64,000 bases of DNA from Candidatus Poribacteria bacterium (GCA_963665845.2 OY762492.1:928001-992000); one strand, 5' to 3'; shown: positions 10,001-21,942, counted from the stretch's first letter. Notes: generated from the sequence alone by a model not told the origin. Program-made: numbers and translations.

Positions 10001-13000
10001 GAGCGACTGCTCCCGCCGTTCCGTCACGCCGAGCTGGTACGCCGATTGAACCAGCGGATGCAGCCGTTGAAATTCGTCGTTGTCTTCGATCTGCTGATAG
10101 GCGAAGCGGTAGGAGTCGAAGTTGAAGTTGTCTTTGGCGCTGACCCGCATATATTCGCCTGTGTCGGGGCGCAGCTCGCCGTCTTTCCCGGCGACGACCC
10201 CTTGCTCCCACTGGTTGCCGACGATTTCAAGCGACGCAAACTGCAGCTTGCCCGTTATCGTCCCAGGGCGGTTTTTTTCAAGCAGAATGCGCGCCTGTTT
10301 CACAAAACCCCAGTTCGGCAGCCCGACAGGCTCCGTCTCGTTCAGCGGGATGGAGAGAAACTTCCAGCCGGTCGCCGCGTTCTCTTTCTTGATCCAGCTG
10401 TCCGGGATCGCGTTCAGCGGAACGGCGATGGTGAAATAGGAATTGAGCGTGTCCAGCGCGCTGTCGCCGTTCAAGTCCTCGGTGTCCAAGATCGTGTTGT
10501 TGGCGCCGATGCGCATGTCGGAGAGGGGTCCGTTCCAAACCCAGCCCTCATCCTCGTTCAGTTCCAGCTTGCCGTTGCCCCGAAACTTGTCCTCGTCCGA
10601 CAGATTTTCTAGGTCCAGATCCAGCAGGTCAATCACATTGTCGCCGTTCGTGTCGGTCAGGTCGGGCGGCAGGTCTTCGCTGTCGAGTCGGTTGTCGCCG
10701 TCCACATCCTCGCTGAAATGCCCGACGGCGATATGGAGCGTCGCGCTGTCGTCGCCGACGGAGCGTATCCACACCTCCAGCGATTGCCTGTTCAGATAAT
10801 CTTCTCCCTCGGCGCTGATCGGATAGGTCATCCCGCCCCACTCGGCGGAGACGTCGTTGAACAGGTACCCGATTTCGCCGATGAGCCGCTCCTCGCCGCC
10901 TCTGGGTATGCCGTCAATGGAGGAGGAGGCGACGCGCTGATTGCGGAAATAGTTGTCGGGCGGGTTGTCGTCGTCGCGCTGCTGAATCGGAAAATGAACG
11001 CGGGAGAAGTTGGACAGGCGCGGCGTTTCTGCAGGCGGCGCGGCGGTCTGCCATCGGCGTTTGAAAACCGGCATGGAGGAGGAGTCGCGCGCGCCTTCCA
11101 TGCTGTCGATGAGCGCGAGTCCGTACGAGTTCGGGTTGTTGTGGCTGAAAGCCGCCTCGCCGCTAAAATGGAGCGCGAGCGGCAACTTGCCGACATCGAC
11201 AAACGGAAGCGCGCTGACCAACCCCGACAGCTCAAAGGCGCGTCCGAGGCTTCCGTTCACATCGAACGCCTGAAGCCGCCCTGGCGTCTCGGCGATGGAT
11301 GGCGGACCGGCGGTACGCTGCCCGGCGTTGTAAATATACCCCGCCGCCAGCTGAAGCCCATCGATAAAGACAGGGTTGAAAAAACTGCCGGAGGTCAACC
11401 CGTACGCGCGGCGGGAATAGCTGCCGCCGTACGAACCGCCGTAGCTTCCCCCGTATCCGCCGTAGGAACTGCCGCCGTAACTGCTGTATGAGGAGCCGTA
11501 CGAACTGCCGCCGTATGAAGAGCCGTAGGAACTCCCATATGAGGAGCCGTACGAACTGCCGCCGTATGAGGAGCCGTACGAACTGCCGTATGAGGATCTG
11601 CCGCCGTATGAAGCGAGCGCTTGATCCAGCATATTCGACTGCGCGTCCCGCGGGTCTTCCTGCCGCTTCGGCGTCCACTCGTAGCTAAGCCAGACGCCCG
11701 CGACGGTCTGTTGAAGCGACGAGCCGAACGGGGAATACTCATACTCCACCTCCACCTCGTCAAACTCGCTCAAAGGGCGGTTGAAGGTGAGCGAGCCGAA
11801 TTCGTAAAAGATGTTGTAGTCGCCGGGCGCGAGCCGCTGTCCGTTGACGCGCACAATTTCGCTGCCGGGGATGATGTTCAGAACGTTCAGGTTGTACTCG
11901 TCCGAGCGGTAGGAGTAGGCGGCTTGAATTTGGTAGATCGGCGCGTTCGGGTTGTGCGAATCGCGGTAGAGCGCTAGGTTGGCGACCTCCTCCTGCAAAT
12001 GCGCATACGGATGCGGAGCTTCCAGCGCAAAGGGGCGCGCGTCAGGGAAAATAAGAAGCCCCTTTTCAAAGTCGATGATGAGCGAGTCGTATTGCCCGTC
12101 GCCGTCCCTGTCGTATTCGATGTCGACCCGCCCGTCGCCGTCCCTGTCCAACCCAAAAATCTGGATGTACGGGATCAGGTTGCCTGACTCGTCTTGGTGC
12201 GCCTGTTTTCCGCCTCTCCATATCGCCAGTTCAAAGTCGGTCGGGCTGATGTTGCGGTTGCCGAGGCTATATACATTCATCAGCTCCGTTCCGCGCAGCG
12301 ATTCCTGTTTTAAGACGACATGCCCGTCTTCCGCAAGCGGATTGCCCTTTTCTGGGTCCGGGTCGCCGACGGTTCCGCCGCCGGCGCCGACATACTCATA
12401 CGCGGCGACAATCTTGACGCGCGGCGACACCTGGTTGTTAAACTCAATGCGCCCCGTTTCGTAGTCGATGGCGTAATTTTCGCCGGCGTGTTGCAGGTTG
12501 AAATAACCGTCGATGGTCTGCGTCCCGGCGACATTGTTCGTTCCGTCTCTGTCATCGATATAGATGCGTTCGCTGTTGCGTTTGATGGGCAGATATTCGG
12601 GGTGTATTTCTCCATCTTCGCCGAGATGCAGCTGATAGTACTTCTGGCGGGCGAAGCTGGTGTCGGCGATCCGTCGTCCGCCGCCTCCGCCGGCGCGTCT
12701 GGACTGCCCGCTCGATTTCCATTTGCCTTTCAGCCCTTTCGTTCGGGAGCCGAAGAGCGTCGCGCGCGCGCCGCCCGCCTCGGCGACCAGCTGCGCGCCG
12801 AACAGGTTTCTGTTCATGCGCACAAAGCGCGTGTTCGGAAGTTCCAACGTGATGTCGCCAAAAGCGGCGCGCTTGACGATGTTCTCTTCTCCGCCCTCAT
12901 ACCAGACGGCGATGCGCTGCTGCTTCTCTCCGAAGCCGGTATAGGAACGCGCGGCGTCGGAATAGTCGACCGCCACATGCGTGTGCCGCCCGACGCGGCC

Positions 13001-13711
13001 GTGGATGCCGATCTGCAGCTCTTGGCGTATGTTGAACCCGTCGGCGCCACCGCCGTATCCGCCGTAGGAGGAACCGAAACCGCCGCCGTATCCGCCGTAG
13101 GAGGAACCGAAGCCGCCGCCGTATCCGCCGTAGGAGGAGCCGAAGCCGCTCCCGCCGTATCCGCCGTAGCCTCCATATCCGCCGTAAGAGCCGTAGCTGT
13201 CGTAGGAGCTGCCGTAGTCGAAATCGCGGTAGCCTGTGGAAAAACGCCCGCCGCCGAGGCTGCTGCCGTAGAGTCCGGTCAAGCCCTCGCGCCCGAAATA
13301 GTGCGTGTGGTTATACTGAAACAGGAACGATTTATGCCCCTTCACCTCTAGGCTGGAGTTGAGCGGCAGGTTGAAATTGGCGGCGCCGCCTCCTCTTCCG
13401 GCTCCTAGAGGGAGATCGCTTTCAAGTTCGGGGACGCCGCCTTCCGGAAGGGCGGCGAGCAATCCTGCCCCGTTCGTCCGCTGCGCGCGGTGATGCGAGA
13501 TCGCCGCGGCGATGAGTCTGGCGGCGTAGGAATCGCTTTCCGCTTCGCCGTCCATTTCGTCTGTTGTTTGAGAGGGTTTCCAGTCGCCGCGCGTTTCAGC
13601 GCTGGGGGCGAATTCGCGGGCGGCGTTCTCTTCATCGGTCTGGGCGGAGCATAGAAAAGCCGCGCCGAAAAGAAGCGCCGCTGCCGCCAAACGAGGCGCA
13701 AAGCATGTCAA
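7094..13711 (-). CDS. Very large SprA/Sov-like outer-membrane protein (T9SS translocon-like) with low-complexity inserts
   Basis: Signal peptide; segments recalled as SprA-like (ELMNVYSLG, IDFEKGLLIFP..RPF, NIIPGSEIVRVNG..L..GDYNIFYEFGSL, LIDSMEG, LDTEDLNGD..LDT.NSYF); alternating beta-strand pattern in the C-terminal half. Confidence 0.72.
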   Translation of the reverse strand: MTCFAPRLAAAALLFGAAFLCSAQTDEENAAREFAPSAETRGDWKPSQTTDEMDGEAESDSYAARLIAAAISHHRAQRTNGAGLLAALPEGGVPELESDLPLGAGRGGGAANFNLPLNSSLEVKGHKSFLFQYNHTHYFGREGLTGLYGSSLGGGRFSTGYRDFDYGSSYDSYGSYGGYGGYGGYGGSGFGSSYGGYGGGFGSSYGGYGGGFGSSYGGYGGGADGFNIRQELQIGIHGRVGRHTHVAVDYSDAARSYTGFGEKQQRIAVWYEGGEENIVKRAAFGDITLELPNTRFVRMNRNLFGAQLVAEAGGARATLFGSRTKGLKGKWKSSGQSRRAGGGGGRRIADTSFARQKYYQLHLGEDGEIHPEYLPIKRNSERIYIDDRDGTNNVAGTQTIDGYFNLQHAGENYAIDYETGRIEFNNQVSPRVKIVAAYEYVGAGGGTVGDPDPEKGNPLAEDGHVVLKQESLRGTELMNVYSLGNRNISPTDFELAIWRGGKQAHQDESGNLIPYIQIFGLDRDGDGRVDIEYDRDGDGQYDSLIIDFEKGLLIFPDARPFALEAPHPYAHLQEEVANLALYRDSHNPNAPIYQIQAAYSYRSDEYNLNVLNIIPGSEIVRVNGQRLAPGDYNIFYEFGSLTFNRPLSEFDEVEVEYEYSPFGSSLQQTVAGVWLSYEWTPKRQEDPRDAQSNMLDQALASYGGRSSYGSSYGSSYGGSSYGSSYGSSYGSSYGGSSYGSSYSSYGGSSYGGYGGSYGGSYGGSYSRRAYGLTSGSFFNPVFIDGLQLAAGYIYNAGQRTAGPPSIAETPGRLQAFDVNGSLGRAFELSGLVSALPFVDVGKLPLALHFSGEAAFSHNNPNSYGLALIDSMEGARDSSSMPVFKRRWQTAAPPAETPRLSNFSRVHFPIQQRDDDNPPDNYFRNQRVASSSIDGIPRGGEERLIGEIGYLFNDVSAEWGGMTYPISAEGEDYLNRQSLEVWIRSVGDDSATLHIAVGHFSEDVDGDNRLDSEDLPPDLTDTNGDNVIDLLDLDLENLSDEDKFRGNGKLELNEDEGWVWNGPLSDMRIGANNTILDTEDLNGDSALDTLNSYFTIAVPLNAIPDSWIKKENAATGWKFLSIPLNETEPVGLPNWGFVKQARILLEKNRPGTITGKLQFASLEIVGNQWEQGVVAGKDGELRPDTGEYMRVSAKDNFNFDSYRFAYQQIEDNDEFQRLHPLVQSAYQLGVTERREQSLALEYGLDPDSLGVTWRRVEGPRQGDGADLSKHQTLKIWVYNPAGRPTGASLVLRLSAALRSNFSYSYRHTGSGADKEEPKVNVFKELVDYYEYTLPIDFTGWKQAVVSIADENRDGHPDGLRVAGSPSLTSVGGVVLGIQNETGETMEGELWVNDIYLADPLVESGWARRGDSQFRLGNLLQVQVSASSQDQEFEESAAQPAGSSYGRRYQQLSQSANDFSMNARFTPARWLPLEYSVRNQETETEESYNLIRTAQLGRNTVSNRTARGGVQFQKWPSLNVMYDSQEHWNESRGTEFSDLYVATLRYDAARKFGLNAEYRHEDVRVDRETGDPNASDGGDYGYYGSSLNDRIIDSGSISLQLSPFASLRLQPTYDVTREMALSSTEEGKSEGRFGLSERGHRVSLRPTINRSFFGARPNIGAQMNARENWFEQQKDISLNFNARFGATFRLAELFSFETKRTEPMDGPGIGPLAIENGAEADEKETAPANDSTKTETAEETAPTETETAEETVATDDSTETEAADEPTPTDDSTETETAEETAATDDSTKTETAEETAQADEDDSTETETAEETAQADESTETETTEETAQTDDSTETETAEETAQTDESTETNPPPLPSGSSNTPPLDSVEMDEDFFREQESLDRMSQYGYDPYAYEEAQLNRADWLGAGNMQMDRALAGGRDRFADDGLNPFQRSVNTLALSADYSIDIRDYLRRLKLDATVLDALRMPEDAPERSSSTRSVRLSMRGSFDPLQWLALSADASMRDSYTKNVGAGSQDDSLLAGADAQIFARGGRSTIQLSYNFNTTERSNSASIFGDSRSHESALTWRQTMGETRLSLGSRINFRRQERSGVETNSIIVTPSMSVDYTLKTASGWRVPIIGTVVKLEQNLNVTNYLTAVVRRGNLGDQSEERSERYQTALQLGYRLSRHVRADLNLSLSYLKDRVEAGRDYFAVSSALMVRGELL
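8160..8560 (-). repeat. Intragenic acidic tandem repeat (DDSTETETAEETAQT-type, about 8-9 units)
   Basis: Directly visible in DNA and protein. Confidence 0.9.
11415..11625 (-). repeat. Intragenic (G)SSYG tandem repeat
   Basis: Repeated GAGCCGTACGAACTGCCG units; SSYG protein repeat. Confidence 0.9.
13050..13270 (-). repeat. Intragenic GFGSSYGGYGG (33-bp) and YGG repeats
   Basis: Three near-identical 33-bp units at about 13050-13150 plus YGG repeats. Confidence 0.9.
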
Positions 13712-14337
13712 GGGAGTCTCCGTTTCGTTGACGTCGTCTGGCGGTATGAACGAACGGCGGGCGCCGCTTGTTTACTTTGAAAGTGAATTGACCCGCTTTC
13801 GGCGATCAGCTCATCCAGCGGAACATCCCACGGCATCGGCTCAAACAGAGCCGTACGCTGACAATCGAAAGCGAGTCCAATCAACCTTGGGCGCGGCTCC
13901 TCGGCGAAGAAGCGGTCATGGAACCCGCCCCCAAGCCCGATGCGGTTTCCTCGGCTGTCGACGGCGGCGCATGGGATCAGCGCGGCGTCCAGCGCCTCTT
14001 TCTGAACGCGCGGCGCCGTCAACGGCGGAGCAGGTATGCCCCAGCGTCCGCGCTCCAGCTGGCGCATGTCGGTCAGCTCGTAGAGACGCATCGTTGTCGA
14101 GTCGGTCTCCACGCGCGGAACGGCGACGCGCCCGCCCTCAGCCCAGAGCCGCTGGATGAGACGCCGCGTCGGCGCTTCCGGGGGGACGCTCACATAACAG
14201 TACACAAGGCGCGCGTTCAGCGTTCGGAGGCGTTGAACCGCCCGCCGTTGAATCTGTTCGCCGCGCCGCCGGCGTTCTTTTTGAGAGAGGCTTCGGCGCC
14301 GTTTGAGCGCGCTGCGCCGTATCGCGTTGACGGTCAT
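13708..14337 (-). CDS. ygfA: 5-formyltetrahydrofolate cyclo-ligase
   Basis: VPRV, WGIPAP, D.ALIPC.AVD..G.RIGLGGGFHDR, EPMPWDVPLD motifs. Confidence 0.9.
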   Translation of the reverse strand: MTVNAIRRSALKRRRSLSQKERRRRGEQIQRRAVQRLRTLNARLVYCYVSVPPEAPTRRLIQRLWAEGGRVAVPRVETDSTTMRLYELTDMRQLERGRWGIPAPPLTAPRVQKEALDAALIPCAAVDSRGNRIGLGGGFHDRFFAEEPRPRLIGLAFDCQRTALFEPMPWDVPLDELIAESGSIHFQSKQAAPAVRSYRQTTSTKRRLP

Positions 14338-14621
14338 TTTTTGTAGACCGTCCGCCCCTGTATCTCGATGGCGTCCACGATCGCCATGACGACCGCGTCG
14401 ACAGGCTTGTCGGCGGTCGACTTCGTGAGCCGGGCGGAGCTTCCGCCGGCGACCAGAACCACCTCTTCTTCGCCCGCGCCGACCGAGTCGATGGCGACGG
14501 CGTGCCGGTCAAGCAGGCTTCCGTCTAGGCTCATCTCTTGGACGACGAGCAGTTTTCCGCCGGCGAGCTTTTCGTCTTTTTGCGTGGCGACAATCGAACC
14601 GACCACTTTGCAGAGCGTCAT
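14334..14621 (-). CDS. BMC shell vertex (pentamer) protein, EutN/CcmL family
   Basis: VVGSIVATQKDEKL.G.KLLVV, VAIDSVGAGEEE.VLV.GGSSAR, PVDAVVMAIVD. Confidence 0.95.
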   Translation of the reverse strand: MTLCKVVGSIVATQKDEKLAGGKLLVVQEMSLDGSLLDRHAVAIDSVGAGEEEVVLVAGGSSARLTKSTADKPVDAVVMAIVDAIEIQGRTVYKK

Positions 14622-14821
14622 ATGCAGGTCTCCCGTATTTATCTTACCGCATGCGCCGCCTCATGTCTAAACAGCCGACATGCCCCAAATCAAGAATCGC
14701 GCTTAGAAGTCAATGCGCGAAAACCATACTAGGATGGATGCAGACAGCATGAGCAGTTTGCAGCGAATGTTCAAACGCTAGAGGAATAAGCCGCCCCCTT
14801 TCTGCTTGAAAGGAGCATGAC

Positions 14822-15910
14822 ATAACATTAACCTCCTTTACAAAATCGACGGCGATTCTTGCGGCGTTCAGTTTCTCGTTTCTGTTGTGCGCGTCCGCGG
14901 AAGATTATATGCCGCTGGAAGATGTGACGAAACTAGAACGACCGACCCTCTGTCTAGATCGAGATGACGGGCTGACACTCATTGACTGGGACGGACAGAA
15001 CGAACGGCTCTGGATGACAGGCGACTTCGGCGGTCCCGCCAGATTTAGCCGAGACGGGAAATACGCCTGGATAGGCGCCTTCGAAAACAACCGCTACACG
15101 CTTTTCCTTCTGGAGCTGAAAACCGGGCGGGTCGTCAATATGAGAGAGCGGCTCGACAACCTCGGTTATGAACACATCTCCATCTCCGGCGCCTGGTGGT
15201 TTCCAGACGGGAGGCGGCTCGCATGCCGCGGAAAAGACTTGAACGGCCCAAACCGAGGTCAATCGGACATTTTTCTGCTGGATTTGCGCAACGAGAAAAT
15301 AAAACAGCTCACCAATACGCCGTTCAGAGACGAGTTCTGGGCGACTGTCTCCGCGGACGGCAAGAAGATCGCTTTCAACGGTTATCCCCCCAGCGAAGAA
15401 GAAAGAGCGGAGCTGGGCATTGATCACTTTCCTGACCATCTCTATGTCATGAACTCGCACGGGGGCAGAGCCGTCAATCTAACAAACAGCGGCGCGTCCT
15501 ATGCGTACCCTGAATGGTCGCCGGACGGCAACAAAATCGCGTTCGAAGGCTCCGGCCGCCCGGTGATAAAAGAGGAGGAGGGCGGCGTTCACATCTTTAC
15601 CATCAACCCGGACGGCTCCAGCCTAGAGCGGCTCACTTTCCCCAAAGACGGCAAGTGGGCAAGGCTTGAGGACTGGTCGGCGGACAGCAAGTGGATAATT
15701 TATACGATGGAGAAAGAAGACGAATTAGGTACGTCCTGGACCCTTTACCGCATCCATATAGAGACGCGGGAGATTGTGCGCATCACTAAGGGCAACTCTG
15801 CGAGGTGGGTTTATGCAGGCAAGAGCCGCTTCCTCTCCGTCAACCCGGCGGGCAAAGAGCATACGATGTGGGCGCCGCTCAAAGAGGAGGAGGAAGGTTC
15901 CGACGAATAA
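14822..15910 (+). CDS. Secreted TolB-like (PD40) beta-propeller protein with VNPAGKEHTMWAPLK tail; start uncertain (ATA 14822 or TTG 14885)
   Basis: FSRDGK, WFPDGR, VSADGKKIAF, PEWSPDGNKIAF repeats; in-frame upstream signal-peptide-like segment; AAGGAG at 14810. Confidence 0.8.
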   Translation: MTLTSFTKSTAILAAFSFSFLLCASAEDYMPLEDVTKLERPTLCLDRDDGLTLIDWDGQNERLWMTGDFGGPARFSRDGKYAWIGAFENNRYTLFLLELKTGRVVNMRERLDNLGYEHISISGAWWFPDGRRLACRGKDLNGPNRGQSDIFLLDLRNEKIKQLTNTPFRDEFWATVSADGKKIAFNGYPPSEEERAELGIDHFPDHLYVMNSHGGRAVNLTNSGASYAYPEWSPDGNKIAFEGSGRPVIKEEEGGVHIFTINPDGSSLERLTFPKDGKWARLEDWSADSKWIIYTMEKEDELGTSWTLYRIHIETREIVRITKGNSARWVYAGKSRFLSVNPAGKEHTMWAPLKEEEEGSDE

Positions 15911-16065
15911 CGCGGCGGCAGGGGGAATCGTGAATCTAGCAGACGGCGTCTGTATGCCGGCGTGTTCAAACGAAAGCCTTAAGGTCGGGAGCTGGACGCT
16001 TGCAAATATCCGCCTTTGGGGTATCATAACCTAAAGAAACGGGCAGCCGCAGAAAGAAGGATCCG

Positions 16066-17379
16066 ATGAAACGAATGATTGCCCTTGCCGCCGCCTTGTC
16101 CATCGCGGCGGCGGCGTTCGCAGAAAATTTGACGATTGATCCGAACAAACTGAAACAGATTGCGGAGGAATCAAGCGTGATAGCCGCCTTCGAACAGAAC
16201 ATGCAAACAGACGAGCAATTTCAGACCGTCATGCGCTTCATTCTGCCGGACCCAGGCGAAGCGAAATGGCGTCAGATACCATGGACGCCCGACATCTGGG
16301 AAGGCAGAATTCGAGCCGCGCAGCAAGAAAAACCGATGTTCATCTGGGCAATGAACGGCGACCCGCTCGGCTGCGTCTGAAACAACGGCGTGACGGGCCG
16401 TGCGTCCGTCTTCTCCGACGACCGAGTCATCAAAATACTCACCGATCAATTCATCCCTGTCGCCGACAACTGCTCCTTCACGCAGATTCAAAAAGACGCC
16501 GAGGGCGAGTTCTTCCGCAAAGTTGCTGAACAGGGGCATTACGCCGGCAGAACGAAGCCGACCGGCACCCGCCAGGGTCTCTACGCCTGCGCGCCGGACG
16601 GCGAGCTGCTCGCCTCCATCAACACGACGCGCGTTGAGCATGTCCTGAGCATGCTGAACAAGGCGCTGGAAAAGTGGAACAAAAAGAACCCGACGGCGGA
16701 TGTTCCCGCCTCCTATGAAAAGGACAAGTATTTCAACCGCTCCTTCCCTGAAGGCGCGCTCATCCTGCGCGAAACGATGCGCGACATCCCGCGCAAAGAC
16801 AAAAGCGGCGATGAAATCCAGACCTGGAAGCACAACTTTGACCATCTCTGGATACGGAAAGAGGAGGCGCAGGCGCTGATTCCCGACAACCCAAAGGCGG
16901 GCATGGAATATGAGGCGCCGAAGGAGCTGGTACGCCGCATCGCGCAGTACCATCTGGTTGATCATGTTCGGGGCGAGGCGCCGCCTTGGCATGACAAGCA
17001 TCTCCAAAAGGCGGGGTTGACGCTGCGCGTTGAATCCGTGGACGAAAACGCCGTGACGATACGTCTCGACGGGCATGCGTTTCTCGAAGCGGAGCCGTCG
17101 GGGCAGACGAACCCGTATTCAGGCTTCAAGATCGACATGAAACGCGGCATGGACGCCAAGATCAAAGGCGTCATCCGCTACAACCGAAAGACGAACGCCT
17201 TTGAGCAGTTCGACATGGTCGCCGCCGCTTCCCGATGGGGCGCGACGACGTACAACTTCCGGCAGAACGACCTCGGCCCCGCTCCGATCGGCTTCGCCTT
17301 TGAGCTGATACCGAGCGAGCCGAGAAATCAGACACCGCCGAAGTTCCTTTTGGGATCCTACTTTAGAAACGGCAATTGA
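16066..17379 (+). CDS. Candidate exported thioredoxin-fold selenoprotein (437 aa by read-through of TGA 16378-16380)
   Basis: ORFs 16066-16380 and 16390-17379 are in the same frame, separated only by TGA-AAC-AAC-GGC; context WAMNGDPLGCV(U)NNGVTGRASVFSD; signal peptide; SECIS-like hairpin. Confidence 0.82.
16392..16410 (+). promoter_or_regulatory. Putative bacterial SECIS hairpin
   Basis: GACGGGC-CGTGC-GTCCGTC: 7-bp stem beginning 11 nt after the UGA, with G at loop position 2. Confidence 0.68.
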
Positions 17380-17401
17380 AACGCCCTGATGTCATGCATA
17401 T

Positions 17402-17430
17402 CGTCATTCCCGCGTAAGCGGGAATCCAGA
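17402..17430. repeat. dRS3-like palindrome GTCATTCCCGCGTAAGCGGGAATCC
   Basis: Same family as the 6845 copy, opposite orientation. Confidence 0.9.
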
Positions 17431-17486
17431 GTCCTGCAGAAGACGTCCGCGTACCCATGCCGACATGCTGAAACTAAAGCCTCTCG

Positions 17487-17522
17487 CGGCCGGGGAGATG
17501 GATCTCCCCGGCCGTTTCTTTC
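17487..17522 (+). terminator. Intrinsic terminator between convergent genes
   Basis: Perfect inverted repeat CGGCCGGGGAGAT-GG-ATCTCCCCGGCCG followed by TTTCTTT. Confidence 0.75.
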
Positions 17523-17525
17523 AGG

Positions 17526-20712
<3,187 letters not shown>

Positions 20713-20733
20713 ATCTGATTCCTTCCGGTCGTT

Positions 20734-21942
20734 TTAAAAAATGCGTTTGACGCGCCGTTTTTTCGCTGTCCACAACACAGCGCGGATCGCATCCTCGGCG
20801 TCGTTTTCGTCCATGCCCGGCCAAAGCGGTATGCTCAAAACGCGCTCATAAAGCCGCTCGGCGTTCGGAAAGTCGTCCTGCGCCGACCGGCAGCTCTTGC
20901 GGTAATGCGTAAAGCGGTGGAGCGGGATGTAATGTACGGCGGTTCCAATGTTCAGCGCCTCCAGCTCGGCGGCGAAGGCGTCTCGGCTCACCGACAGCCG
21001 ATCCAGGTTCAACTTCAGTATATAAAGGTGCCACGCATGCCGTCCGTTGTCGGGTTCAGGCGGCGTCTCCAGCGCGTCCGCGTCCGCGAAAGCGTCCTGA
21101 TACATCCGCGCGATGCGCCGCCGTATCTCCATCTGCCGCTCCAGTTTCTCCAGCTGCGCCAGCCCGACCGCCGCCTGAATGTCGGTCATGTTGCACTTAT
21201 ACCCTTGCGCCGTCACATCATACGCCATGGCGGGTTGCTCGGCGTTGGCGCCGCTTTGGTCCGCCTCGCGCGTCCAAGCGTCCCGCGTGATCGCATGATA
21301 GCGGATGGCGCGGACGCCGTCGGCGAGCCGGCGGTCGTTCGTTGTCAACATGCCGCCCTCAATGGAAGTGATATGCTTCGTCGGGTAAAAGCTGAAGGCG
21401 GACGCATGCCCGACCCCGCCGATGCGCTTGCCGTTGTGTTCAGCGGCGACCGCATGCGCGGCGTCGTCCAGCAGGAGAAGATCATGCGCGTCGGCAATCT
21501 GTTGAAGGGCGGTCATATCGCATGGGTAGCCGGCGAGATGAACGGGTATAACCGCCTTCGTTTTTGGGTTAAGGGCGGCTTCAACCGTTTCAGGATCGAC
21601 ATTCAGCGTCGTCGGGTTCACGTCTAAGAAGCGAACCTCCGCCCCGGCGTGTAAAACGGCTTCGGCGGTGGCGGTGAAGGTGTAGACGGGAACAAGGACA
21701 TTGCCGCCCCGCCCGACGCCCGCGGCGACCAGCGCCAGATGCAGCGCGGCGGTGCATGAGTTGACGGCGACCGCTTCATCGGCGCCGACCGTTTCGGCGA
21801 AGCGCCGCTCAAAATCGCCCGTTTTTTGTCCGGTTCCGATCCACCCTGAACGGAAAGTTTCGGCGACCGCGTCAATCTCTTCAGAGCCTGTCCATGGCCG
21901 GTACAGATGCAGTTTTTCAGCCCGTTTGGGCGGCGGATTCAT
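20734..21942 (-). CDS. DegT/DnrJ/EryC1/StrS PLP sugar aminotransferase
   Basis: NSCTAALHLAL, TFTAT, DAAHA, SFYPTKHIT..EGGM. Confidence 0.95.
   Translation of the reverse strand: MNPPPKRAEKLHLYRPWTGSEEIDAVAETFRSGWIGTGQKTGDFERRFAETVGADEAVAVNSCTAALHLALVAAGVGRGGNVLVPVYTFTATAEAVLHAGAEVRFLDVNPTTLNVDPETVEAALNPKTKAVIPVHLAGYPCDMTALQQIADAHDLLLLDDAAHAVAAEHNGKRIGGVGHASAFSFYPTKHITSIEGGMLTTNDRRLADGVRAIRYHAITRDAWTREADQSGANAEQPAMAYDVTAQGYKCNMTDIQAAVGLAQLEKLERQMEIRRRIARMYQDAFADADALETPPEPDNGRHAWHLYILKLNLDRLSVSRDAFAAELEALNIGTAVHYIPLHRFTHYRKSCRSAQDDFPNAERLYERVLSIPLWPGMDENDAEDAIRAVLWTAKKRRVKRIF

Noticed and set aside
8699-10612. 637-aa plus-strand ORF and other long antisense ORFs (e.g. 8061, 12320, 39703, 53631)
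   Set aside because: Shadow frames of GC-rich genes with no recognisable motifs
14338-14810. 6S RNA, often found upstream of ygfA
   Set aside because: ygfA is directly overlapped by the eutN-like gene, and I see no long 6S-like hairpin upstream
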